A stretch of 64,000 nucleotides of DNA from Heptranchias perlo (taxonomy: Eukaryota), in assembly GCF_035084215.1 (NCBI RefSeq), contig NW_027139581.1, forward strand, positions 1,426,001-1,490,000, written 5' to 3'. Position 1 is the stretch's first letter. Each line of letters begins with the position of its first letter. The notes under the pieces were generated by a model. It was given only the letters and a program-made list of their open reading frames with translations. It searched no databases and was not told the DNA's origin. This document shows positions 1 through 10,866 of this stretch, in pieces. Position numbers and translations under genes: made by a program.

Positions 1-471
1 ACAAAGCCCTGTACAATTTTAGTAAACAATTGAACCCCCTATAACAACTGCATTTCTTTCGCTCGCAGTTCAGCCGAGTCTCCCGTGGTGCAGTGGATTT
101 GCTCCGATTGCACGCAATCAAGCAACAAACTATTAATCTCAGTTTTGAAATTTCCAATTGACCTCCAGCCTCAGCAGCTTTTTGGGGAGAGAGTTCCAGA
201 TTCCCACTGCCGTTTGTATGAAGAAATGTTCCCTCGCATCACCCCTGAACGACCGAGCTCTAATATTAAGGTTATGGCCCCTTGTTCTGGACTCCCTCAG
301 CCAGCGAATTTAAAGGATTATTGAGTTCAATTTCGCTACTTGCCGTGGTGGGGGTAAAAGAGTTTCCTCTAATCCAATCTCTGCAGAGGGGACCGAGAAG
401 TGAGAAAAGCCTTTCGTTCGGAATAAAAGAGTTTCCTCTCCATTTTGTCCATTTACCAACTTTATTGTTTA

Positions 472-862
472 TTCATTCCCGGGATGTGGGCGACTCTCGT
501 AAGGTCGGCTTTTATTGCCCATCCATAGTTGTCCTTGAGAAAGTGATGGTGAGCCTTCTACTTGGCCCGCTGCAGTCCGTGTGGTGAAGGTACTCCCACA
601 GTACTGTTAGGAGGGAGTTCCAAGCAATTTGAATGTGACAATGAAGGAATGGCGATATATGCCCAAATCGGGATGAGTTGTGATTTTAAGGAGAACTTGG
701 AGCTGATGGTTTTCCCATGCACCTGTTGGTAGGGGTCGCGGGTTTGGAAGGTGCTGCCAAAGAAGCCTGCACGAGTTGCTGCAGTGTATCCTGCAGATGG
801 TACACACTGCAACCACAGTGCGCCGGTGGTGGAGGGAATGAATGTTTAAGGTGGTGGATGGA
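472..862 (-). mobile_element. 3' end fragment of a CR1-group LINE (same family as 31080-32055)
   Basis: ORFs 558-812 and 607-816 give VAVCTICRIHCSNSCRLLWQHLPNP and PNSTVGVPSPHGLQR, matching the ORF2 C-terminus at 31439-32044. Confidence 0.75.
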
Positions 863-973
863 CTAAACTATGCCATGGGGATAGACTATGCATATATTTA
901 ATGAATAGAAGTCATGTACACGCACTGAGAAGATTCACAATGTGGCACTTGTTGCTGCAACCTCACTGCTCAC

Positions 974-1282
974 CTCGTTCCTTGTGTATGGACGCTCTTT
1001 TAGGTGTTGGAAGATCCTGATGGCTCACCACGCAATAGAACGTATCCCCACTCAGCCACGCTTGTGTCGAGATGTCTACTTTGCTGATCAGGCTGTCGGA
1101 GCCCTCGCCAGGTTGGACGGCAATCTCTGATTTTAAAGGCTGCTGTTCTCTGGTCCAGGACACGTTGACCCCATTCGGAGCATCAGACACGACACAGGTC
1201 AAAGTCACCGTCGCCTCCAGTAAAACCTGTTCTTGTGATGGTGGCAGAATAGTGACTTCTGGTTCACCGGGTGGAGGACAAT
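974..1282 (-). CDS. IgW: Ig heavy chain (IgW) constant exon CH3
   Basis: C1-set Ig domain ([18 protein letters not shown]); acceptor cacag at 1283-1287, donor GTGAG at 973-969; phase 1; [13 protein letters not shown]...HQDLPTP motif recalled from the IgW CH3 / IgNAR C2 family. Confidence 0.9.
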
Positions 1283-1398
1283 CTGTGAGAGGAAAATAAA
1301 TGTGAACCGATCTATTCTCTGGAGAATTGTGAAGCGAACGTTCAGCCTTTATTTGATTAAAGACAAGGGAAGTCATTTTAACTTTGGGCGATATGGAC

Positions 1399-1644
1399 TC
1401 AGCCTCCCATTATACAGTGCGCCTGATTTTCCGGGCCACTAATCAGGAATGTGACCATTGGTGATTCCCCCATTCCCTGGAACAGTTGTGTTGAAGCGCA
1501 GCTCTGACGCTCTCCTTGCGCACAGCCTGATGTCGGCTCACTGAGAACTAAACTGGGACCAGGTTCGCAGACTGATCCGATGACATGGCCGCAGAGGAAT
1601 CCCTTCTGGGGCGAGGCTCTGGAACGTCTGCAGTGCCCACTGAA
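1399..1644 (-). other. Candidate alternative terminal (short secretory tail) exon of IgW
   Basis: Polypyrimidine tract plus ttacag acceptor (AG at 1645-1646); 81-codon open frame with 6 Cys ending TGA at 1399-1401; minus-strand AATAAA at 1348-1353, just before the CH3 acceptor; phase conflict with the CH2 donor (see findings). Confidence 0.5.
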
Positions 1645-1708
1645 CTGTAACAGAGGCAGAGAGAGTCAGGCCGTCCAGGAGAAGGAAGCAAGTAACTAGA
1701 TACTCGGT

Positions 1709-2120
1709 AAAGAAAGAAAGAACTTGCATTTATCCAGCGCTTTTCATCACCTCAGGACGTCCCAGAGCGCTTTGCAGACAAAAAACTACTTTTGACGTGT
1801 GGTCACTGTTGAAATGTTGGAAACTCAGCTATCAATTTGCTCACAGCAAGCTCCCACCAACAGCAATGTAATAATGACCAGGTAATCTGTTTTAGCGATG
1901 TTGGTTGAGGGATAAATATTGGCCAGGGCACCTTCTAAATATTGCTGTGTGATCTTTCAGGTCCACCTGAGAGGGCAGATCGGGGCCTCGGTTTAATGTC
2001 TCAACAAGATGGCCCCTCCCATAGTGCAGTGCTCCATTAGTCCTGACTGGAAGTGTCAGCCTCGATTTTGTGCTCAAGTCTCTGGAGTGGGATTGAACCC
2101 AGGACCTTCTGACTCAGAGA
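1709..2120 (-). mobile_element. tRNA-derived Deu-domain SINE (SacSINE1-like)
   Basis: Minus-strand B-box-like GGTTCAATCCC head, central domain shared with 27036-27458, L2-like tail ending AAATGCAAGTTCTTTC repeats. Confidence 0.75.
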
Positions 2121-2280
2121 CGATCAATAACATCAATGATATGTTCCTAATAATTGGTGAAAGAAATTATCAGTCCCCCCACACACACCCTTACCCCCAC
2201 CCCACGGAACACTGACTGTAAATTTCGGTAGAATTTGGCACTTAGATGCATCTGGCCTCAGCTCCCGGTTTTCCTCTTAC

Positions 2281-2598
2281 CATTAGAACTGGTGATATTT
2301 TTGCTCTGGATGCTTTTGCTGGCTTTGTGAGTGACGGAGCAGGTGTATACCGCACCGTTGAACCATTCCCTGGAGGTGATTTCCAGCCGACTACTGACGC
2401 TGAAGTTGCCGTTCTCTTCACATGGAGGAGAGGTGACGAACCCGGACTTCACGGGCAATCCGCCCTTCAGCCACTGCACTTCGATGGGTTTTGGTCGGAA
2501 TCCGGATATTAAACACACGGCCGTTACATGTTTGCTGGATAAGATTTCCTGAGGTGAACTTTGCGTGAGGATAACAGTTGGAGGGACCGCAGGCAATC
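2281..2598 (-). CDS. IgW: IgW constant exon CH2
   Basis: C1-set domain (AVCLISGFRP, VQW, YTCSVTH); acceptor AG at 2599-2600, donor GTAAG at 2280-2276; phase 1. Confidence 0.92.
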
Positions 2599-2713
2599 CT
2601 ATTGTGGGAATTCAAGGAAAAAAGGTGATTTCACCATTTAAAAATTAAATAATTCTGTATTGGAAAATTCTGTTATCTTTTCACATCTTGGTCGCCATCG
2701 AGCTCACACTAAC

Positions 2714-3022
2714 CTCGAAAGTGCAGCTTCACTGTCTCCCAGGCAGATCCGCTGTGCCGAACAACGCAGTAGACTTTGCTGCTCTCCATCTCTGACTCGG
2801 GGATCGTTAACTGGCTGCTCAGGGTGTAGGTTCCCTTCTTGTTGAACACTGACGGGTAGGTCATGAATCCACTGGTGATGCTTTGGTCATTTTTGGTCCA
2901 GGAAAGGATGGCTTTTTCGGGAGAATAGTTCATCGCCAAGCACCCGACCGTCACCAAACCTTCAGTATTGGGTTCTCCACAGGACGATAGCAGGGCGAAG
3001 AGTGTCGGAGCAGACGGTTCAG
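2714..3022 (-). CDS. IgW: IgW constant exon CH1
   Basis: EPSAPTLFALLSSC...VGCLAMNYSP...W...TYPSVFNKKGTYTLSSQL...YCVVRHSG; acceptor AG at 3023-3024, donor GTTAG at 2713-2709; extra N-terminal Cys positioned for the light-chain disulfide. Confidence 0.93.
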
Positions 3023-3979
3023 CTGTGAAAGAGGAACAAATTGAACACAAAAGTGAAACTCCGCGATCACATTTACGTGAAACGCCTGCATGTTTTGAAT
3101 ATCCGCCAGAATCTGCACCAATTGCATCATTTGAGGATCACAAACAACAATGAAAAGTGAGCCTCTGCTGATTGTGAGGCCTGACTTGAAATGGGCTCAC
3201 CGAACCCCAGTCTGGTGCATCCGAAAGTCCGGAGACAGGAAAGTCCATTCGGTCCATCAAGCTCCATTCATCCAGACTCAGTACAAGGAAATTGTATCAT
3301 TGACTTCGCCCAACTCCTTGTCGCCACTCCAATAACGAGGACATATTCTCTCCCCTACCTGTTCTCAAATAAAGTTCAGGCAAAAATATTAATATCACAG
3401 GTCTGGAAATTCCCTCAGGCTACTCCCTGTAAACGGAGTTTCCACTCCACTTCCCACGAAGTCTCGCAGGCGGAGCGGGAGCACCTGTGACGAATTTCTC
3501 GGCATGTAAGTCTGAATATCCATCGAGGCCAAGAGGGGGCTAGATAAAAAATCGGGCGTATACGTTTAGAGGAACTGTTAGCAGCAGGGATGGAAAGTTG
3601 GTTGATGGACAGGAAACACAGAGAAACGGTTAACGTGTCCTTCAGATTGGAGAACGGCTGGAAAGTGAAGTCCTCCTGGTGTCAGTATTCGGGGCACTTC
3701 TGTTTACATACATTCGATGGTTTATACTTGGCAACAGGGAATAAAATCTCGAAAGTTGCTAACGACAAAAAAGTACATGATTTGGCAAGCAGCGAGGAGG
3801 AATGTAAAAGTCTTCATGAAGACAGAGGCAGGATAGGAGAATGGGCGGGCATGTGGCAGATATAATTTAATAAGTGTGCAGAATGTGGGACTGTATACTC
3901 AGGGATATGAAACTAAGTGTTCGGATATGCAAACAAACCTAAAGTGCGAATATATAATTCTTTAAAATGCGATTGTACA

Positions 3980-5070
3980 CCAACAACATCTTGCATTTCT
4001 ATCGCGCCTTTAACGTTGTAAAACGTCCCAAGGCGCTTCATAGGAGCGATTATCAAACAAAATTTGACACTGAGGCCCATGAGGAGATGTTAGGACAGGT
4101 GAACAAAAGCTTGGTCAAAGAGGTAGGTTTTAAGGAGCATCTTGAAGGGGAGGGAGAGGTAGAGAGGCGGATAGGTTTAGGGAGGTGATTACAGAGTTTA
4201 GGGCCAAGACAGCTAAAGGCACGGCCACCAATGGTGGAGCGATTAAAATCGGGGACACGCAGGAGGCCAGAATGGAGGAGAACAGAGACCTCGGGGGTTT
4301 GTAAGACTGGACGAGGTGACAGAGATACGGAGCGGTGAGGCCCTGTCGGACTTTGTAAACAAGGAGAAGAACTTTAAAATCGAGGCGTACCCGGACCGAC
4401 AGATAATGGAGGTCAGCGAGCACAGGGATGATGGGTGAATGAAACTTGGTGCGAGTGAGGATACGGGGGCAGCAGAGTTTTGGATCAGCCCAAGTTTATG
4501 GAGGGTGGAAGTTGGGAGCGCAGAGGAGCATTGGAATAGTCAATTCTAGAGGCAATAAAGGCATGGATGAGAGTTTCAGCAGCAGAAGAGCTGAGGCAGG
4601 GGTGGAGACGGGTGATGTCATGGAGGTAGAAGAAGGGGGTCTTGGTGATGGAGCGGATATGTGTAATATATTTGTAACTTTGCTAAGGGTCATTTCAGTA
4701 ATGTGGCAGGGGCAGAAACCTGATTGGAGGGGTTCAAATTGGAGGAGTTGCGGGAAAGATGAGGACAGAGACTTGGGAGGCGACAACACATTCAAGGGCC
4801 TTGGAGAGGAAAGGGAGGTTGGAGATTGGGCGGTAGTTTGCAAGGACAGAAGGGTCAAGTGTGGGTTTTTTTTTTGTAGGGGGATGATGAGGGCGGATTA
4901 GAAGGGGAGGGGGACAGTACCTGAGGAGATGGAACCGGTAACAATATCAGCTAACATTTATCGTTAACAATATTAGCTAACACTGGGGCAGGAAGGGAAG
5001 TTTGGTGGTCAGCAGTTTGGTGGGAATAGGGTCGAGGGAGCAGGAGGTGGGTCTCATGGACAGGATGAGA
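3980..5070 (-). mobile_element. Degenerate L2 LINE 3' part in the J-C intron
   Basis: ORF 4130-4423 LADLHYLSVRVRLDFKVLLLVYK and ORF 4496-4858 QSGFCPCHITEMTLSKVTN are L2 ORF2 motifs; L2 tail at ~3985-4040. Confidence 0.8.
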
Positions 5071-5480
5071 AGTGAGATATTTAAATCATTCTTTGGCAGC
5101 AGCGCAAAATCGACGATAACGAATTGCAGCCCATTTTGCAATAAAACCAACTTTCTTTTCTATTTAAATGAAGAGGAATTTGTTCAGTGTGGCTGTGATA
5201 TAGGGGCAGAAATCCGCCTTGGGCAGTGGGGCAAAGGGGGCGGTATCGAATCGGCCGCCTGTTTGTCGCCCCGCCTGATATTCTCTCCCATTGAAGTATA
5301 ATGGGACGTTGTTGCAATCCCGCCAGTTGTGAGCTACCGCCCATAGGGTATCAATTCATCATGGTCTGTGGTGCAAAACGGGCGACAGCCAATCGGTGAC
5401 CCGTTTTGCATTGCCTTAAATGGAAAAGAAACTCGGGCAGGGGGAAAACGAGCTACCTATTGGCTGTCGTTGATTTTGCA

Positions 5481-6683
5481 TTTCTCTCTCATGGTCTAAA
5501 GAACGGTTAATAGAGAAATAATGTCACCTCTTAATGTGAACCCTTTCTCTCTCATGGTCTAAAGAACGGTGGAGAGAAATAATGTCACCTCTTAATGTGA
5601 ACCTTTCTCTCTCATGGTCTAAAGAACGGTGTATAGAGAAATAATGTCACCTCTTAATGTGAACCTTTCTCTCTCATGGTCTAAAGAACGGTGTATAGAG
5701 AAATAATGTCACCTCTTAATGTGAACCCTTTCTCTCTCATGGTCTGAAGAACGGTGTATAGAGAAATAATGTCACCTCTTAATGTGAATCCTTTCTCTCT
5801 CATGGTCTAAAGAACGGTGTATAGAGAAATAATGTCACCTCTTAATGTGAACCCTTTCTCTCTCATTGTCGAAAGAACGGTGTATAGAGAAATAATGTCA
5901 CCTCTTAATGTGAACCTTTCTCTCTCATGGTCTAAAGAACGATGTATGGAGAAATAATGTCACCTCTTAATGTGAACCCTTTCTCTCTCATGGTCTCATG
6001 AACGGTGTATGGAGAAATAATGTCACCTCTTAATGTGACCCCTTTCTCTCTCATTGTCTAAAGAACGGTGTATAGAGAAATAATGTCACCTCTTAATGTG
6101 ACCCCTTTCTCTCTCATTGTCTAAAGAACGGTGTATGGAGAAAAAAATCCCACCTCTTAATGTGAACCTTTCTCTCTCATGGTCGAAAGAACGGTGCATA
6201 GAGAAATAATGTCACCTCTTAATGTGACCCCCTTTCTCTCTCATTGTCTAAAGAACGGTGTATAGAGAAATAATGTCACCTCTTAATGCGAACCCTTTCG
6301 CTCTCATTGTCTAAAGAACGGTGTATAGAGAAATAATGTCACCTCTTAATGCGAACCCTTTCTCTCTCATGGTCGAAAGAACGTTGTATCGAGAAATAAT
6401 GTCACCTCTTAATGTGACCCCTTTCTCTCTCATGGTCTAAAGAACGGTGTATAGAGAAATAATGTCACCTCTTATTGTGAACCCTTTCTCTCTCATGGTC
6501 TAAAGAACGGTGTGTAGAAAAATAATGTCACCGCTTAATGTGAACCCTTTCTCTCTCATGGTCTAAAGAACGGTGTGTAGAGAAATAATGTCACCGCTTA
6601 ATGTGAACCTTTCTCTCTCATGGTCTAAAGAACGGTGTGTGGAGAAATAATGTCACCGCTTAATGTGAACCTTTCTCTCTCAT
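5481..6683. repeat. ~62-63 bp tandem minisatellite, ~19 copies, in the IgW J-C intron
   Basis: Unit ctttctctctcatggtctaaagaacggtgtatagagaaataatgtcacctcttaatgtgaacc repeats head-to-tail. Confidence 0.97.
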
Positions 6684-8754
6684 GATGCACCGAGCAACTT
6701 CTCCCATTTGCTTTCTTGCTGTAATCAAATATTGGGCCAAGTTTCGCGGTAATTTCTGTTTACTCCTAATGTCCCGTTACTTCAAGATACAAAAATAATA
6801 ATAATATCAACAACAATAATAAAAGTAATACTAATAATGTGGTAATAATAATATTATTCATAACAGCTACAATAATAACTATTAATAATGTCAGCCAAGA
6901 AACGCCTTGTAAATGCGGGTAGGACCTTTGGACCAGAACTGTTCCCTGTCCTAATCTCCCGCCGCCCTCAACACATCTGAGTCCGGGGTCTCTGTATTAT
7001 TTGTTGACCGACTGGCTCGGGTCTCAAATCACCAACACGGATGAGCTGCGTCACCTCTATTTGCTAAACTAGCGCCCTTCCGTTTCTTAAGTGATCTGTA
7101 CCATAGCCTCGACTGCAGAGAAACTGTTCAATAAAACACTAAAGGTAGATTTTTGTCTTCGCTGGCTGTGTATTAAGGATAATCTCAGCGTCGCGCTGAA
7201 CAACAATCTGGGGTGGGGGGAGGGGGGAGGGAAATCTGATCGGGAAAACTAGACGTCCCTCAGAATCAACCTGATCTTCCTCCTATTTAAACTAATGGAA
7301 GTAAAATCGGGAGAGTTTTGTAGCAGGTCTGCAATCCTCTCCACTCAAATTTCCTCTCTGTGCACAGAGCAGGGATTGTTTAACGCCCAGGCGGGAATCT
7401 ATATCTTGCACACTTTAACTTCGAAATGTGGAATTCAGTGTAATTCAAGTTGAACTGAAACTACACAAGGATCCGTGTAAAACAGAACAGCGCTTCGTTT
7501 AATTATCAGAGACCCTGAATATAACGGAGCAATTGGAGAAAAGAGCCTTTGGTTCGAACTTCCAACTTCGGCGGGAGCGTAATTCAGGGAAAACCAGGCG
7601 TTGTGTAATTCGGAGAGCCCATCCGCTACCGCCCGTTTTATGCCCCGCACAAGTTGAATTTTACCTCCAGAGTGCGGAAAATAAATTAATGTTGATATTA
7701 ACGTCATTTTATTTAAACAATTCTGTTTGAAGTTTAAAATTGTTTCTAGTTTCCTTCCAGCCTTACCAGGTCCGTAGTTTTTAAAATTTAATTAACTAAT
7801 GTAATTAATTTAACGAAGATCATTTTAACAATTCTGCTTAATTTCCAGCAATATCCGCATCGCTGCCTCCAACCTTATAATTTCCTCCACTCTGCCTAGT
7901 TTATTTCTTGTCTATTTCCAACCTTGTGAAGTCTGAAAGTTCTTTGATTAAAATATATTGCTGTTAATTTTGACTTGGTGGGACGGTGTAAAAATGGTGA
8001 TTCACGTCATTGGAAATAAAAGCCGGGAGAGATGTTAAACGCGCTGTCGACTCCCCAGCACCCGTTTCGCACTGTCGCCAAAGTCAAAATTACCCCCATT
8101 CATTTTATAAATTCTGTTTGGCTTCTATACCAGTTTATCTCGTTCTGCCTATGATTTTCCACACTTCTTTAGTAAAGCCTGTCTCACTACCTAAAAGAGC
8201 CAACATTTTTGTCCAGTTTACTGACAATAAAACTGCCTCCATTGAAGAGTAAGTACTTAACAAACCAAGAGCTATTTTAAATTGAAATCTATCCAGCCAC
8301 AGGCTCCACATTGTTCATTAATTAAATATAATATATAAAATCATCAAGACGAAACCAGGATACAGCAACTAATTAAAATCTGCAGTGAGACGTTATGGAG
8401 CTCAATCACAACTGAGTAAGAAAGGCGGTGATTTGTTAAATTAATTGTAACATAATAGATTGATTTTTCTGCCATCTCTGACATTTTCTCCTGACGGTGT
8501 TGTGTATGGTACAATTGTGGAAGGCGGTTTGTGTTTAATTGATTATATTGTAAGTTAATATTGATATTAGTTGATGCTGTATTAAATTATAATAAAATCC
8601 AATATTAATTTTAAACCTGCTTCTGCCCGCAACCTTGTGCATTGTGGAAATGTTAACAAAATTTTCGTGACCGATATTCAATATGATCGAATCGAATATT
8701 ATACTAATAGATTAATACATTAGTTTTATGTAAATAAAGGCACAGAGATTAGTT

Positions 8755-8968
8755 TTAAATTACGCAGCGAGTTGTAATGATCTAGAATGCACTTTAAGGG
8801 CGGTGGAAGCAGATTTAAAAGTAACTTTCAAAAGGGAATTGGATAAATACTTGAAGGGAAAAAACAGGGCTTTGAGGAAAGATTGGATATCTCTTTCAAA
8901 GAGCTGGCACAAGTACGATGGGCCGAATGGCCTCCTCCTGTTCTGAACCAACTATGATACCATGATTC
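8755..8968 (+). mobile_element. CR1 LINE 3' end fragment
   Basis: ttcaaaagggaattggataaatacttgaaggg...gatgggccgaatggcctcct, a 3'UTR shared with other CR1 copies in the window. Confidence 0.8.
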
Positions 8969-9549
8969 ATCTAGCCTCTAATAATATTATGCGCTGTCTC
9001 TCCACAATTAGAATCTCTGTAGTTTTCTGAGCTCACTGAAACAATATAGACTGCGGATTTTCACAGTGTCTTTCACATGATGGAGTCAGGAGTGGATTTT
9101 CAAGCAGTTTTCCATACGGCCGAGCGAGTACGCGACACTCAGAAAGAATTTCAGTATATCCTGAAAGTAGCCCGATGTACATGATCTCGGACTGAGCCCA
9201 AAGCATTTGGGACGACATTATAACCGAGAACTGCATTAGCCAGATGTTATCAAATTAAACATTGCAGAAACAAAAATAAACACAGTTCAGCATCAGGTTT
9301 CTAGTTTCAAATAACCCATACTAGCAGATAAACAAGATCCCACAATAATCAAGGAGAAATGCAGGACTAAAACAGCTGCTTTGATCTATAAAAACTCAGA
9401 TGCACAATCAAAAGTTACACACCAATAAATCTAAGGAAACAGTGCCAACTTTACAGGATCGTGGAAATAATTAACTCTTAAAACCAAACGAAATATAAGA
9501 TTAAACATACAAATTAAACACTGCTACTAAATTAGTGCATGTTTCTTAC

Positions 9550-9597
9550 CTGCAGTCACCGTCACCATGGTCCCTTGTCCCCAGTAGCCCCAGTAAT
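9550..9597 (-). CDS. IgW: IgH joining segment JH (YWGYWGQGTMVTVTA)
   Basis: WGQG motif; donor GTAAG at 9549-9545; phase 1 matches CH1. Confidence 0.95.
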
Positions 9598-9636
9598 CAC
9601 TGTGTTACATTCCTTCACCTGGGTCACACAATAAGG
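9598..9636 (+). other. JH recombination signal sequence, 23-bp spacer
   Basis: CACTGTG (9598-9604), 23 bp, ACAATAAGG (9628-9636). Confidence 0.85.
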
Positions 9637-9983
9637 GGCTCTGCACACGGTATAGAAAACAGTCTACATTATTTTAAGTTTTGATATTCCAGAGGCAAGG
9701 TAAAGTTACGATATATTTATGTGATATTAAAAATCATTATATATGGTAACAAATGGTTCCATTTGATTGTTTATAAATTACTTTGATATTTGCTATGTCA
9801 TACATTAGTTGATGAACATGTTTCGAAACGCCAACAATTTAGTGAAGAATTGTTATAGTTGATCTGCCGAATCCTTGCCAGGACTGCAGTGCGAGATAGC
9901 AATACATGAATATTACTTTAATATATTCGCAGTTGTATTCCAGCCGGAGCACTGCCCCAGTTTCACCCCATGAGTGTTGAAAG

Positions 9984-10052
9984 GGTTTTTGTATTGACAA
10001 TTAATGCTGTGCCACCCAGGTATACACCATGATACACACCGTGTCAAATACT
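9984..10052 (-). other. D2 segment (TATACCTGGGTGG, 10012-10024) flanked by 12/12 RSS
   Basis: J-facing RSS: CACAGCA (10011-10005), 12 bp, ACAAAAACC (9992-9984). V-facing RSS: CACCATG (10025-10031), 12 bp, TCAAATACT (10044-10052). Confidence 0.9.
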
Positions 10053-10369
10053 TCTGCCAACATATAGCTTTGGTATGTAGATCTAAATTCCAAACAGCTT
10101 CCAAAAAACTCGACTCAGATTCACCAGTGGATGCATTAATGTGATGCTTGTATCAGTATAACTTGTTATATGTTTATAAAAAGCCACGTTTCACTGTTAA
10201 GACACACAACCAGTCTTTGCATGGAATTTAAATTCGTCACTTCAATTTACCCTTTATATCTGGTTTTATAAACTTGGAGATATTTCTGACAGTGATATAT
10301 ATGGAATGACACTAATGTTGCTGTTCATGATGGTTTTGTGATCACAGATTTCAGCAGGATCCCGCTCAG

Positions 10370-10450
10370 TGTTACTGTATGACGAGATGTCGATATGAAG
10401 CACTGTGGATCCACTGTAGTATCACAATGACACACGCCAGCACAAATACT
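10370..10450 (-). other. D1 segment (ATACTACAGTGGATC, 10408-10422) flanked by 12/22 RSS
   Basis: V-facing RSS: CACAATG (10423-10429), 12 bp, ACAAATACT (10442-10450). J-facing RSS: CACAGTG (10407-10401), 22 bp, ACAGTAACA (10378-10370). Confidence 0.88.
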
Positions 10451-10827
10451 GCACTCGTTCTCTGTTCAGCACTGTCTGTCAAAATTCACTTTCAAAAAAC
10501 CCTTATTGCGACTGCAACCTGACTAGAAGTTCACTCAGGGTGAGAGAAAGAGAACACATCTGTGCACATCAGCGACCAGTGGTAGAATATATTGAAACAA
10601 GTATTAACTTCAAATTTCCATTCCTCACACATAGAAGTGCTGGACATACAGCAGAGTCCCTTCTCCTCATTATTGCAACAACAGTTCATATTTTATATCA
10701 GTTAACTGTCCTTAAACGAGATGCTTTGGTAAGAAATACCTTCTATTTGAAAGTACTACTATTAACATTGTACTTTATTTAATTACTAACCGTCAGGTTA
10801 TAGTGGGAACGGTTGGATTTCTCCTCC

Positions 10828-10866
10828 TGTTTTTGTACAGGTCCAGCCCCGGTCTCCCTCCCCGTG
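10828..10866 (-). other. VH RSS, 23-bp spacer, non-canonical heptamer
   Basis: CACGGGG (10866-10860), 23 bp, ACAAAAACA (10836-10828). Confidence 0.88.

Noticed and set aside
5200-5480. Palindromic tcccattgaagtataatggga, possibly a DNA-transposon/MITE remnant
   Set aside because: Termini and TSD could not be defined, so no element is called.
5481-6683. CRISPR-like array
   Set aside because: Head-to-tail repeats without unique spacers, in a vertebrate context.
10255-10345. Possible third D segment (gacagtg...cactaat with nearby ggtttt tracts)
   Set aside because: No heptamer-nonamer pair with 12- or 22/23-bp spacing.
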